Positions 24,425 through 36,486 of a stretch of DNA of 64,000 nt are shown here, one piece after another (the stretch's first letter is position 1; the number at the start of each line of letters is the position of its first letter). A model generated the notes under the pieces. The model saw only the letters and a list, made by a program, of their open reading frames with translations. It ran no database searches and was not told where the DNA came from. A program made the position numbers and the translations under genes. This stretch comes from an uncultured Verrucomicrobiae bacterium (GTDB lineage Bacteria; Verrucomicrobiota; Verrucomicrobiia; Chthoniobacterales; JAFAMB01). The stretch lies in assembly GCA_963782115.1 (NCBI GenBank), contig CAWAIK010000003.1, positions 1 to 64,000 of the forward strand, given 5' to 3'.

Positions 24425-25765
24425 CGCTCGGTATGCCGTACCCGGCCTCGACCAATTCTTCCTCTGAGCTACAAATAGGGTATGAGCAACGGATCTTTTA
24501 ATGGCATATCTTTCCAAAGTTGGTCTCAGGCCGACAACAAAGCGTGGGAATGCTTTCTGCATCTCCTTTCAAAACCCGGACTTGAACCGGATGCCGCGGC
24601 TGAAAAGGTTTATGATGCGCTTCTGGCGTTTGTTAATCAGCAGGACGCGCATCACAACCAATAGTTGACCGTTATTTCCGTACAAGGTGACCCGCGCGCG
24701 CGTTAGTGGGACCAAATAGTTTTCACGAATCGGCGCTACTCTACAATCGACCTCGCCCAGCGCTCACCTGCCTCCGTCGCCCCCCGACGGAGGATTGCGC
24801 GATCGGCACCCTGCAAGATCGTGACTCGTGTATAATTCAAATCAATGCGCGACGGAACTCCAGAGACGCGAGGTATTCCGACATCCTAGCCCTGTCAGGT
24901 CCGAATGGAACGAGAACTCTTTGAGACAGAAACCAAGAGAATGCCCATTGTTCGCACAGGCCGGATCGCCACTTTCCAAATAAAGCTCGACTTCGGCGGC
25001 AACAAGCACGAGCGTCCTCGACTATCTCTCCTCCTCTGGTGCCTGTCCGTGCTTGAAGCTCTTTGAGGGCGGTTCCATCTCCGGCAAAGATATCCTCGAC
25101 AACCGCCAAGTCCAAATGACCTGCGCCAACAGCGCGGGAATCAGCCTTGGAGACCGAATAAAATTCAGGATCGTTCCATAACGGTCGTCTGGGGCCGCCA
25201 ACGTGATGTCGATGACGCATTAAGGTCAGGCTGCTTCGGCCGGATCTGGCTCTCGCCCTCACTTGGTGTTCAATCTCGTTCCCCAACTCCAAACAAAAGA
25301 TTGTGCGCAATACGACCATGAACCTTCAAAAATTTGACGACGGTTTGGAGGTCATCGCCGCTCATTCCAGTTCCGGCGAGATGTCATTCATCCCCCATGC
25401 CGCGCCACTTGTCGTTTTGATTCCTCACAACCAAAGCCCACCCTTCAAAGCTTACCAATTGGCTAACGTGGTCGCCGAGGGTTCGTGCCCGGCAATGCTG
25501 CAGGTCATATAGGCGACTCCTTGAGAGGAACCGTGCCCAAAGGCGAGGAAACAATCGCAACGACTTCGTTGCCGTACCTTTTTGACGTCACTATGGCCCC
25601 TTTTAGCAGTATTTCTGATTCAATCGCCATTTTCGACCGCTCGTGCTGCTGCTGTGTCATTAATCCATACTCATGCCCAAAGGGATTCCGAGACAACAAA
25701 AATGCTGCGCCCAAAGGCGCGTGTCTATTGTTGCTTGCGGCAGTCCTTGTACGCAGACTGAAGCA

Positions 25766-26113
25766 ATGAATGACGGAATCTACCGAGTCGATTTCCAATC
25801 GGAGAAAGATGCTGGCAAGGGAATAGCGAGGGTCAGCAATGGAGACTTTAGAGGTATTGACCAAACGCATGTTTATTTCGGCAAAGTCGAAGGCCAGGGC
25901 GCTAGTTTGACCATGTTAATGTACGCGCCCGCGACAACCGGTGCGCCAGCCGGTTCTGATATGCAGGCTCCGTTTAGTATGAATGGAGCTCCTGTCCGAT
26001 TAAATGTCCAAAAGACTGAAAACGGATTCGATCTCTCTGGAGTGTCGGACGCGCACTCTGAAACTCGGTATGAGTTCAAAGCGGAACGGGTCGCGGATCT
26101 CTTAGCGGATTGA
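25766..26113 (+). CDS. GrlR-like paralog 3, full length
   Basis: MNDGIYRVDFQSEKDAGKGIARVSNGDFRGIDQTHVYFG..YEFKAERVADL. Confidence 0.6.
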   Translation: MNDGIYRVDFQSEKDAGKGIARVSNGDFRGIDQTHVYFGKVEGQGASLTMLMYAPATTGAPAGSDMQAPFSMNGAPVRLNVQKTENGFDLSGVSDAHSETRYEFKAERVADLLAD

Positions 26114-26278
26114 CGCTCGGTATGGTCTCTCGACCCATCTGGTCTACATAGAGCGGAACACGCGTTCGTGATGTTTCCCAAGGTTACGACGGTTGCAAGA
26201 GACCTCGGCATGCTCGCCGCATCAAGCGTTGCGGTTCACCCGCTCACCCGTAGGTTTGAGGAAACGCGTATGTTTCTG

Positions 26279-28179
26279 CTAGTCCTTAAGGAAGCGTGAT
26301 TTAAATGCGCGAGGGGAACAAAAAGCTCGAAATGCCTTTAAATACTTGGTTCGCTGGGAAGTAGCTAACCTAACCCAGCCAAGAAAAAAAGCATTTCGAG
26401 TGAACAGAACTTACCCCAAAATCCTGCGTAACCGCAAGCAGCGAATTGCACGTCGACTGGATCCTAAGCGTGGCTGGAGTGACCAGCCCGAAGCGATGAT
26501 GAGCGCCAGCAATATCCATTTTGAGATGGCCGAACGTGGCCGGGCGCTCAACTACGGCGGAATCGGCGCCATCCACCTGATGGGCCAAAGGCTAGGACTA
26601 GCCCAGGAGATCGATGATCGGCTGCAGCTGCTCAAGAGGCATCTACCCTATCACGAGAGTGATCACGTGTTGAACCTGGCTTACAATGCCCTCCTGGATG
26701 GCCAGCGCCTGGAAGATATCGAATTGCGCCGCAATGATGAAGCTTTCCTGGATGGTTTGGGAGCGCAACGGATTCCTGATCCGACCACCAGTGGAGATTT
26801 TACGCGACGCTTTGATCAAGACTCTTTGTTGACGTTGATGGAAGCCATTAACGCTGCGCGACAGCAGGTGTGGGAAAAGCAGCCTGAGGATTTTCTCTCG
26901 CAAGCCTTTATCGATACCGACGGTACGATCGCCGGGACTTTGGGAGAGTGCAAAGGAGGGATGGCGCTCTCCTATAAAGGGATCTGGGGTTATGCGCCTT
27001 TAATTATCACTTTGGCCAATACCCGCGAAGTGCTTTATCTGGTCAACCGGCCCGGCAATGCGGTCAGCCATGAAGGCTGTGTCCCCTGGATCGATCGAGC
27101 CATTGAGTTGGTACGTCCACGTGCCGGTGAGATCACGCTGCGCGGTGACACCGATTTTACGCTGAGCGGCGAACTGGATCGCTGGGATAGCCAAGGGATT
27201 AAGTTCATTTTTGGCATGGATGCTCATCCTAAAGTTGTCCAACTGGCTGAATCTTTGCCAGAATCGACCTGGGAACCGCTTGAGCGGCTGGCTCGTTATG
27301 AAATTGCGACCGAGCCGCGGTGCAAGCCTCAGCGGATCAAGGAAGCGATTGTGCGTTTCAAGGGGTACTTGAATAAAGAGTTGGTGGGCGAGAGCGTGGC
27401 GGAGTTCAGCTATCAGCCGAACAAATGTGGGCGTAGCTATCGGTTGGTGGTGGTGCGCAAAAACATCAGCGTCCAGAAAGGAGAAACGGTGCTCTTTGAA
27501 GACATTAAATACTTCTTCTACATCACGAACCACACTGCATACTGCGCCGAACAGATCGTGGCGCTTGCCAATGGGCGTTGCGACCAGGAAAACGTGATCG
27601 AGCAGCTGAAAAATGGGGTCAATGCCATGCGCATGCCGGTCGACGATCTGTTGAGTAACTGGGCTTATATGGTGATGAGTGCCTTGGCCTGGAATCTTAA
27701 GGCCTGGTACGGATTGCTGATGCCCAATCGCGAGCGAGGTCTGGAATTACTCAGGATGGAGTTCCGTCGCTTCCTGCATCTCATTGTGATGCTGCCGGCG
27801 CAAATCGTGCGGAGCGGTCGGCGGATTATTTATCGGATCATGGGTTACAACGATTGGCTCACCGACTTCTTCGCTACCTGGGAGTATCTTCGCCGAATGG
27901 CGCCTGCCTGAAGGAGGTCCCTTCACTAATTACGCTGTCCCGGAGGGAAGGAGATAGGTTCCCAGCGCAGAGTTCTGCCTTGGCGAGCAGAAATCGGCGC
28001 CTCCAACGACCTATAACGTTCAGAAAACAAGTTATATATGCCAGGGCCGCCTCGAATTTGGACCTTCGATTACCAGAACCGACCAGACTCAACCGAAATC
28101 ATACCGTTTTTTAGGAATTTTCCTGACCCCACCGGAAGCTCGCTACGCCGAACCGGAAACGCGCTTATTTTAGGGCTAG
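26279..28179 (+). mobile_element. Complete IS1380-family element; transposase CDS 26346-27911
   Basis: 521-aa DDE transposase (IDTDGT, LRGDTDF, RCDQENVIEQLKNG); imperfect IRs CTAGTCCTTAAGGAAGCG and CGCTTATTTTAGGGCTAG, with CTAG at both ends. Confidence 0.93.
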
Positions 28180-28355
28180 TTGTGTGTGCGGGCGCCTTGG
28201 GGAGCCTAGTGTATGGATTGCGCCTATCTACTGGTACGTCGGGAATCGAGACCTCATTTGGAGCTGGGTGCCCAAATATTTAATTCAGCCCTTTGGGGCC
28301 TCCGTGCTGGCGGTCGTCTTCTATCTGGTGATCCGGGGCGGTTTCTTTTCGCTGA
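28180..28355 (+). pseudogene. Membrane protein fragment interrupted by IS1380
   Basis: Joining the flanks gives EETRMFLLVVCAGALGSLVYGLR, then IYWYVGNR..FYLVIRGGFFS after a frameshift. Confidence 0.65.
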
Positions 28356-28699
28356 TGCCGGTTCACAACACACTACCCCTTCGGATTCATAGCGCTCAGC
28401 GCGCTACCGAGACAAATGCCCGAGCATGAATCCTCCGACAAATGACGATGCCCGTGATTATCGCTACCGGCTCTCGATCAGTCAGAAAGACTGGGTGAAG
28501 CTGGCGGGGCTCTTGGCCGGTGAAGTGACGTACCCGAATTTCAAGATGGCGGTCCAGGAGCGAGCTGATCAAGCCAACAAGGGCGCCGCCTAATCCGAAA
28601 TCTGGTGGACGATGCGGCGGGTGCAGATGGCCGAGGGCAAAGATGACGCCCGGCAGACCCCGGTAAAGCGAAAGCCGGAAAGACGTGACTAAACCCGAG

Positions 28700-28734
28700 C
28701 CGCAACCCACTCCTTCAGGGGGTGGGCCGTTGAC
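28700..28734. mobile_element. IS200/IS605-family end hairpin remnant
   Basis: CCCACTCCTTCAGGGGGTGGG-CC-GTTGAC: imperfect hairpin a few nt from a GTTGAC terminus. Confidence 0.55.
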
Positions 28735-28862
28735 AAAAAGCCGCTTCAAGTACCCAATCAACCCTGAATGGCAGATTTCATTAGCGCGTCGAGGCGACTT
28801 ACAAGCATCTGCAATAAAAAACGTATTTATCTAAAATTTCGATAACTCCCGAAAGCGGGACT

Positions 28863-29475
28863 TCAGGCTGCGCGCGGCCATGCCGTCACTTTTTTGCGGC
28901 CTTCACCTTCGGACCGGATCCGTTCGTAGATCGCAAGGTAATCCGAGGTCATCCGGTGCCCGCTAAATCTCTTCTCAAATTCATTCCTGCAACTCTTTCT
29001 GTCGATCAAGCCGAGTCGATCGACGGCTGCGACGGCATCGCTCTGATTGTCGACGATAAAACCGGTTTTCCCATCCTCAATGATTTCCAGGACAGCTCCC
29101 TCGTTGTACGCAATAACTGGTGTGCCACAGGCCATCGCCGCGATTAGAACCAGCCAAACGGTTCAGGCCAGTCGATGGGGAACAATAGCGCGAGGGCGTT
29201 TGTGAGAAATTCATCTTTCTGGTCTTGTCCAATTTCTCCAATGAGCTCGATCAATGGATGGTTTAATAAAGGCTTTATATAGTCAGAGAAATACTCGCGA
29301 TCAGCTGGATCCACCTTCGCAGCGATCTTTAGTTTGCGTCCAGACCTCTTTGCAATTTCGATCGCGCGATCGCGCTGTTCCGGACAGATCCGCCCCAGGA
29401 ACGCCAGGTATTCGCCCGGCGTTTCATGAAGGTGATAAGGATCTTCTGGGATACCGTGATAGACCGTGCCGCGCC
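28863..29475 (-). pseudogene. GT4 glycosyltransferase, C-terminal half, frameshifted
   Basis: YLAFLGRICPE..LLFPIDWPEPFG then MACGTPVIA. Confidence 0.85.
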
Positions 29476-30905
29476 AAATTGAACGCGACGCGCATTTGAT
29501 CGCCGACGCTGATTTGTAGCGGTTCAGCCTCAAACACGTCCCATTGTCCGCGTGCCTCTCTGGCGATGTGTTATAAGCCTGTCCCGGCGAAAAAGTTCCT
29601 ACTGGCACTCCGAAATCATCGGCGGTAAGTAAAACCACGGCTAGGAGAATTGTGTTTTCCTCGAAATACCAAACTGGGTAACGCGCAATGCTAAAACCAG
29701 ACTTATGGCTTCGCCAGCAGCTTTTGCAGCAACTCTGGAAAGGACCGGGAGCGGTCTCAGCATATTTGTCGATACCTGTACCCTTAATTTGTGCTGGGCT
29801 CTCGCCGATCATATCAACGGATTTTGAAGGCCCAAGTTTATGTATCCTGTCAATCAGTGTTCTCCTCGGTGTTTTGGTGATCTTGGCTGACGAAATCTGC
29901 TCGTGCCGAAATCATCACCTGGGATTGTTGCGCTTCTCAGTCATCAAAAGCCGCGGTCGTATCAGAAAACTCGGAGTCAGATCGAACGAGGTTGATCGTA
30001 TTTTCAACGTCCTCTGGTTGAATTCTGAACTAGAGCTCAGATTCAGGAGCACGCGCCTTCAATCGTTCGAATTGATGGTCCAGGCTCTCGACTCCGTGAG
30101 TCGCACAGCGTCACGGTATGGTAGTCGCGGCAAAAGGGTTTTTGAAGCCAACCGGGATCCGATGGTGAGCGCGATCCAGTTATTCGAATGCTTACCCTTC
30201 GCGGAAGCCGAAGAAGAGTTTGTAAAGCTACTAAAAGCCCGATTGGAAGCTATGCCCGAATTTGATCCCGAGGGTTGGGCGCTACGGATTGTTGTGTAAC
30301 CCCCAATGAACAAGAACAGCGTCGCGATTTTGCGGTAGCTGCTCTACACCATATGACGGGGGATGTGTCCTATTCTAGGCTGAACGCGCGCGTCTCTGAC
30401 TACGCGTTGCCCAGCTCTTTTGCTGCAGTTCTGCCTTATCGGTGGCTTGGTTCGAAATTGTTCTGTCTTATCCTGACCTTTGCTCGGCACGGCAATAGAG
30501 CCGGACTCGGCGCGATTTTATTCGGGATACAATGCACGGCGATCGCATTTCCCCGGCACCGACTGCTCCGGCCGCCGACGGTTATCTTCGACTGAAGTGC
30601 TGGCGTCGTAGTCTCCGAATATCGCTCCGGGTCTAGCCGATAAGCTCGCCCCGTCGAGGCCGTTCTCTTCCTCTTCCCTTGCAGCAACGAGTTTTTCCAC
30701 CATTTCGGCAAGACTCAAGCCGTCCAGCCCGGCTTGATACTGTAGGCGTTCGCGGGAGGTAGAAATGAAGCATTGACAAAGAGCAATATAGTCTGATGCT
30801 TCGTTACTTGTCATTGTAGGTGACGCTAAACTCAACGCTCTTCTTCATCAATTAGGTAAATACTCAAAAAATAGTAGATTGATTTTAACTCCTATTTGGT
30901 AACTA

Positions 30906-30945
30906 AAGCACCCGCTGATGCTAGTCAGCGGGTGCTTGTATTTTT
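30906..30945 (+). terminator. Intrinsic terminator-like hairpin
   Basis: 13-bp perfect stem AAGCACCCGCTGA/TCAGCGGGTGCTT followed by GTATTTTT. Confidence 0.65.
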
Positions 30946-31312
30946 GGCGACTAGTACAAATTACCCTACCTAATTTCTTGAGTTGCCCGGCTTGAGCTGA
31001 GTTTATCCAGAGGCAAGTTGAAATGGCCAGACGGTTTACCAGCAGATTCATGCCTATCCCGGTCGTAGATTATAAAGCTTTTCTGCGTCGCAAATGACGC
31101 ACGTTTAGGCAAGCGTAAGCAAAGCGCGAACGGGATACCGTACCCGTTTGCGTATTGGCTAGCGAAAATTCTGTGCCGTTATTAAGGCCCGATCCTTCCG
31201 GCAATCTTCTTGCGGTAGGCATGCAATGTAACGAAATAAGACCGCTGCCAGAGAGATCGATAGTGGTCAGGACGTCAACCCGACCCGGGTTTCCACGGCC
31301 TATGAGGAGATA

Positions 31313-32419
31313 GTGAAGCTGGCGGATCAAAAGGCCATCATCCGTTATGCGGCGGGCTACACCGAAGAGGGCGCGACGACCGAGGAACTGCTCGACGAAG
31401 CCCGGCAGCAGGCAAAAGCGGCGGAGGTGGCGATTGTGTTTGCCGGCCTGCCCGACAGCTACGAATCGGAAGGCTTTGATCGGGCCTCGCTGGACTTGCC
31501 GGCCGGCATAATGCGTTGATTGACGCGGTGAGCGCGGTTCAACCGAGTACCGTGGTGGTGCTCATGAATGGTTCGGCGGTGACGATGCCCTGGGCCCGGA
31601 ATGTACAGGCGATTGTGGAAGCCTGGCTGGGTGGTCAGACCGGCGGGGGCGCTATCGCCGATGCGTTAACCGGCCGGGTTAACCTTTCCCCTGCGGCTCG
31701 AAGACACGCCGCCTTACCCGGATTTTCCCGCCCGCAATAAGGAAGCTAACTACGGCGAAGGGATTTTCATTGGCTATCGCCACTACGACGTCCGGAAGCT
31801 GACCCCGTTGTTCCCGTTCGGGTTCGGCCTGAGTTACACGACGTTTGCTTACTCGGACCTGCGGGTCGGCGCGGACGTGCTCGATGAGGCGGAAGGCCTG
31901 ACGGTGGAAGTCAACGTCAGGAACACCGGTCCGGTAGCCGGTAAAGAGGTGGTGCAACTCTACGTTCATGAACGATGCGCCAAGGTGGTGCGCCCGGAAA
32001 AAGAATTGAAAGCCTTTGCCAAAGTCGCCCTGCAACCCGGCGAAGGGCAAACGGTCCGCTTCGAGCTCGATCGACGCGCTTTTACCTATTACGACACTTC
32101 CACGCACGGCTGGGTGGTACATCCGGGTCAATTTGACCTGCTCGTGGGCGGCTCTTCCCAGGACCTCCCGCTAAAACAGACGGTTGAAGTGCGGACAACG
32201 CAACCGGGTTACCCCCTGCTGACGCGCAACTCGCTGCTCAAAGAGTTTAAACTCCATCTGAAGGGCAAAGCCTTTTACCCGCAGTTGGCCGAAGCTTTCG
32301 GCTTAGGAAATCCGGACGAAGCTGACATGATGGTCAGGGCTTTCCTGGACGACATGCCGCTGTACAAAATTCACGCCTTTTCTGAAGGCAGGTTTACCGA
32401 AGGCTGGAAGACATTTTGA
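31313..32419 (+). pseudogene. GH3 beta-glucosidase C-terminal and Fn3-like domains, fragmented
   Basis: ESEGFDRASLDLP, AWLGGQTGG, FPFGFGLSYTTF and GKEVVQLYV in three frames; catalytic N-domain missing. Confidence 0.88.
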
Positions 32420-32659
32420 AACAGGTGTGATGATCATCGGCGGGGCTGTCGCAGTGACCAACCGTTCGGCGCCTCTGATCCCACTCACCGCATCGCTTGG
32501 CTGGTACGGGGTGGCGCCGATCCCAAGGCTGTGGATCGGAACCGGCAACACATGAAGAAAAGCGGCCAGCCGGGACACTGCGGTGAGTGCAGCCGCAGGA
32601 GAGCGCGGATTTTGGACGCGCCGCGGATTGGTGACGATGGAATAAAATTCGCAGAGTAT

Positions 32660-32748
32660 TCCTTCACCAAACGCTCGGTGTCGGTGCCGGCCTTGGTAGC
32701 GATCTGCCCAATCTGTGCTTCCTGCTCAGGGGTGAAGTGTACTTCCAT
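32660..32748 (-). pseudogene. Antitoxin-like small protein N-terminal scrap
   Basis: MEVHFTPEQEAQIGQIATKAGTDTERLVKE, then similarity ends. Confidence 0.4.
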
Positions 32749-32775
32749 ACCGTTCAAGATACGAAAAAAGCGCCG

Positions 32776-33504
32776 CTGCTGGTCGTTAAAATCGCTCATG
32801 ACTACTCGAATTTAGGGCTCCCGCTCCTCGATTTGATTTCTGAAGGAAACATCGGTTTGATGAAGGCCGTCGAACGCTTTGACCCGGCAAAGGGTGGCAA
32901 GTTGAGTACGTATGGTGCTTGGTGGATCAAGCAATCGATCAAACGGGCGATGGCGAACCAGAGTAAGACGATCCGCTTTCCAATACATCTGATCGACAAG
33001 ATCTACAAACTAAACCGAGCCTCGCTGAAAATGAGCGAGGAGTTAGGTCGTGAACCGACCAATGAAGAACTGTCCGAAGAGATCGGTATCTCGAGCACGA
33101 AGCTTTCTCAGTTGAAGAGGGTTTCGATTCGACCGGCGTCCCTTGATGCTCCGATTAGCGATGATGATTCAACCGAATTTGGTGAGATCGTTGGGGATGA
33201 AGATGCGCAGACGCCGTTCGAGTTGTTCAGAGACCAGAACATGCGCGACGAACTTAGCGAGCTTTTGGAGGTGTTGGACGACCGGGAGCGCAAGATTATC
33301 TTCAAGCGATTCGGGTTGGACGGCGGCAAACCGAAGACCCTCGAAGAAGTGGGTAAGAAGTTTGGGGTTACGCGTGAGCGTATCCGTCAGCTCCAGAATA
33401 TCGCCTTGGCGAAATTGCGTCGGTCGCCGTCACAAAGGCTAGTTAGCCGAAATCCACATAAATTGATAGAACTCACACATAAAGCCTCCTCCGCCGCCCG
33501 TTAA
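32776..33504 (+). pseudogene. Sigma-70 (RpoD/RpoS-like) regions 2-4, N-terminally truncated
   Basis: DLISEGNIGLMKAVERFDP..STYGAWWIKQSI, LGREPT, TLEEVGKKFGVTRERIRQLQ; region 1.2 absent; tail runs into the next gene. Confidence 0.88.
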
Positions 33505-34701
33505 TAGGACGACCGATTCAATAGCTTCCGTCCCAAAAGGCGACGTTAAAATAGACGTTATTCCAGCGGCAACCAAAGAGAAGTGCAAGGTCACACCGTT
33601 TCCGTTGTCACGCCCATGAATGTCGCTGGCCAACGCCTGGGCAAATCCATCAATGGCCGCGCCAAGTGCGGCGACAACAACAATAACGACTGTAGCCGGT
33701 GGCGCTGCAGCATCGAGCGTGGCGACGGCAGCAATCGACCCGCCCTCCTCTGTCCATGATACAAAAAGTGAGGCCCCTCCGGCAAGACCGGACAACCAGT
33801 TGTAGAACTTTTGCGTACAGTCCTCGTTGAGAATGATGTCGCAACCGTACCACGCGGCCGTAAGTTTGAGGCATTGCGCTACAGACTGAAGCTGTTGCTG
33901 ATCCTGCTGCGTCTGTGCCTGTCTAGCCCGAAAGAGAGCGCCATCGTTTTGGAACAACGTCACTGCACAAGAATAATTAAAGCTTGTGCTCAAATCTCCA
34001 ATGTCCTGTACCGTTCTTTGAATTTGACAGAGGTTGTCTGCTATCGTATTTGCCGGGCATCCTCTGGTCACTGCAGCAGATCCTATCGCCTGCGCAGCAA
34101 CAAGGGCGGACTCAGCATCGGGGTACCAATAATTGCTTATCGTGGCCAGAAGGTCGAGACCTTGTTGTGCCAGCTGAGCGCGCTTAACGGGGTCGGTTGA
34201 GGCTTCCATCTGACCACCAATATCATTGGCTTGTGGATAAACCACAGTCTGCGCTTTAGCCAGATCGTTAGAAACGCGGGTCTTTAGTGTATCCAAGATC
34301 TTCATATATGTGTCACATGACACCGCGCCACTAATGCTCGCTATCTCTTGGCCCATGACGCCTTTAAAAGTGGCGTTCCTTGTGGCTGGTGTGTACTGAT
34401 TGGCAACAACGAGAGGGCCACGCGGAGCCACGGTCTTGGCAAATAGACCGGTGTTACACCAGTTATGAAGGGCGATCACATCAGGTAATACGTCTCTAGA
34501 TGTTGTTAGCAAAATAGAGTCTGGGAGCTTACTTACTACCCGTTTTTTAGTTGGGTCAATAAGACCTTGTTTCTGAAACAATTCGATCATTGTCCCGAAT
34601 CCGTCTGCCATTCGAGCGGGAACCGCGAATGGTGTGACAACGGTGCGTGGGCTTGGTGACAACCGGCCACTGAATGTTTTGATGCTTGTGCCGTACAGCA
34701 T
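33439..34701 (-). CDS. Hypothetical 420-aa protein with helical core and hydrophobic C-terminal segments
   Basis: Intact ORF with scattered Cys; C-terminal ATVVIVVVAALGAAI and FSLVAAGITSIL stretches. Confidence 0.7.
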   Translation of the reverse strand: MLYGTSIKTFSGRLSPSPRTVVTPFAVPARMADGFGTMIELFQKQGLIDPTKKRVVSKLPDSILLTTSRDVLPDVIALHNWCNTGLFAKTVAPRGPLVVANQYTPATRNATFKGVMGQEIASISGAVSCDTYMKILDTLKTRVSNDLAKAQTVVYPQANDIGGQMEASTDPVKRAQLAQQGLDLLATISNYWYPDAESALVAAQAIGSAAVTRGCPANTIADNLCQIQRTVQDIGDLSTSFNYSCAVTLFQNDGALFRARQAQTQQDQQQLQSVAQCLKLTAAWYGCDIILNEDCTQKFYNWLSGLAGGASLFVSWTEEGGSIAAVATLDAAAPPATVVIVVVAALGAAIDGFAQALASDIHGRDNGNGVTLHFSLVAAGITSILTSPFGTEAIESVVLLTGGGGGFMCEFYQFMWISAN

Positions 34702-35485
34702 GGGAGTAGTCTTTCAGTTCAAAATGCAGAAATCAGAAAAAGTGTGTTTTCCATTTCCCCATGTACCCTGTTTTAGGAAGTCCTTAGGTGGCTTGTTGGC
34801 CTTGGAGTACCTTCTCACGGAGATAGATCCGGAACTTTGGGCTGCCAGGCAACGCGCGTTCCGATCAACTGGCGTAGAGACGGTCGACACCCGTGGCGTT
34901 TTCGTTTCGGAACAAAATCATTCGGAAAAACTTGGGCGAATTAACCAGGAAAAAAGCTTCGCAATCCGCGTTTTCAAAAAGATTTTCAACATTTTCCGGA
35001 GTTAGGAATAACTAATATGGGCGACAGCCTGCAGCTGCCTGAACCTGATCCTGGCAGGCGCGGGAGATCTCCCGGGTCCTCCAGCCAGTGCGCCCCGGTC
35101 GCCAATGGAATCGATCTCTCCCTGCTGGAACGCGTCAGCCTAATCGAGTGGGATAACGCTCTACGACCTATATCCTCACCGGAAGCTCGTCCGCCGGTGC
35201 CATCTCCCAAAAAGGGCCGCTCTTAGCGGTATAAAATTACACGAATCAGCCTAATACGGGGTGTTGGGGAGCAACGTCCTCGGCGGTCAAGTTTAAGAGT
35301 TGAGCAACCTTAAGCTCCTGTTCCGGTATGGAGGCTTGCCTCCGCAGAAGGAGCTTTACCCAGGAGAACCGAAGCGATCAGCTACGAACGTGTGCCAAAA
35401 TATCGCCGAAAGAATTCTGCCAAATAATTCCGAAAGTATCAGCCACTCGCAGAATTAGCCTGGTCTAATGTTTGGCGCACATAAG

Positions 35486-35561
35486 CTAGAGTCGAGTAGG
35501 TCCCGCAATCATCCTCAATCTGTAATCACACTCTTGCTCGCGGAGACCTACTCGACTCTAG
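35486..35561. repeat. 76-bp MITE-like palindrome
   Basis: Perfect 17-bp IR CTAGAGTCGAGTAGGTC/GACCTACTCGACTCTAG. Confidence 0.75.
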
Positions 35562-35869
35562 GTCTAGGACACGGCGTTTACGGCTGCGCGGATTTTTCCG
35601 TTTCGCCCGGCACGACGACCGGAAACTGAGAAACCTTCTGGCATCTCGGATCGACCTCGTTGGTCTAACTCGAGTAACACCAGGCTGGCGGGACCCCGAG
35701 CCCACACTTCGTCTCCAGCGATGAATCACGATCTCAAGATTCCGCTTTAGCGGCGGGATCACATTCCTACCGCTGGACATTTCTTCCCGCGTGAAGCGCC
35801 TGATGCTGTGATTGCGGCTATTCGGGAATTAGCTGGCCATGCACGCTGTCGCCCTGGTTGATGTTCTCT

Positions 35870-36185
35870 CGCAAGAACTCCTCGGCCAGTGGATCCTCCA
35901 GGAATTTCTCCACAGCACGGCGCATCGGTCGAGCCCGTAGGTTGGATCGTGTCCTTTATCGATCAGAAACTCGACTGCGCTCCTATCTATCTAGCTGAAC
36001 CTTGATATTCTTGCCGCGTACCCGCTCGATGACTTTTGCCACCTCGAGATCCACAATCTTGACTAGGTCGTTCCGCTCGAGTTGGTGGAAGACGATCATG
36101 TCATCCAACCGGTTTAAGAATTCCGGTTTAAACACTCTTTTTGATTCATCCAGAATCTTATCGCGCATTGCCTCGTACTTTTGTA
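35870..36185 (-). pseudogene. ClpC/ClpB ATPase C-terminal scrap
   Basis: FKPEFLNRLDDMIVF, then HDPTYG.RPMRRAVEKFLEDPLAEE after a shift. Confidence 0.8.
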
Positions 36186-36189
36186 ACCC

Positions 36190-36486
36190 CTAATAGCCGT
36201 AGTCCGGATAATTATACCCGTAGTATGGGTTATCATACCAAAAGGGATCTCCAAAAAAGAAATGTCTCCCGTGCCGGAAATGATTTTCGTGCCGCGCAAA
36301 GTGCGCTCCTTGGTGTTGTGTGAAGCTATGGCCGGCAAAACTATGCCCGGCAAACCCCGCGAAATGGCCGCCGCCACCACCGAAATGGCCACCTCCTCCT
36401 CCACCATGTGCGAACGCGGCGGTGGGCGCGAGTGCCAGAATGCCGGCCAGAACCAGACCGACAAGTGAACCTTTGATTGATCTCAT
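36190..36486 (-). CDS. Small secreted Gly/His/Tyr-rich protein
   Basis: Signal peptide ending AFA-H; GGGGGHF repeats; RBS AAAGG upstream. Confidence 0.7.
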   Translation of the reverse strand: MRSIKGSLVGLVLAGILALAPTAAFAHGGGGGGHFGGGGGHFAGFAGHSFAGHSFTQHQGAHFARHENHFRHGRHFFFGDPFWYDNPYYGYNYPDYGY

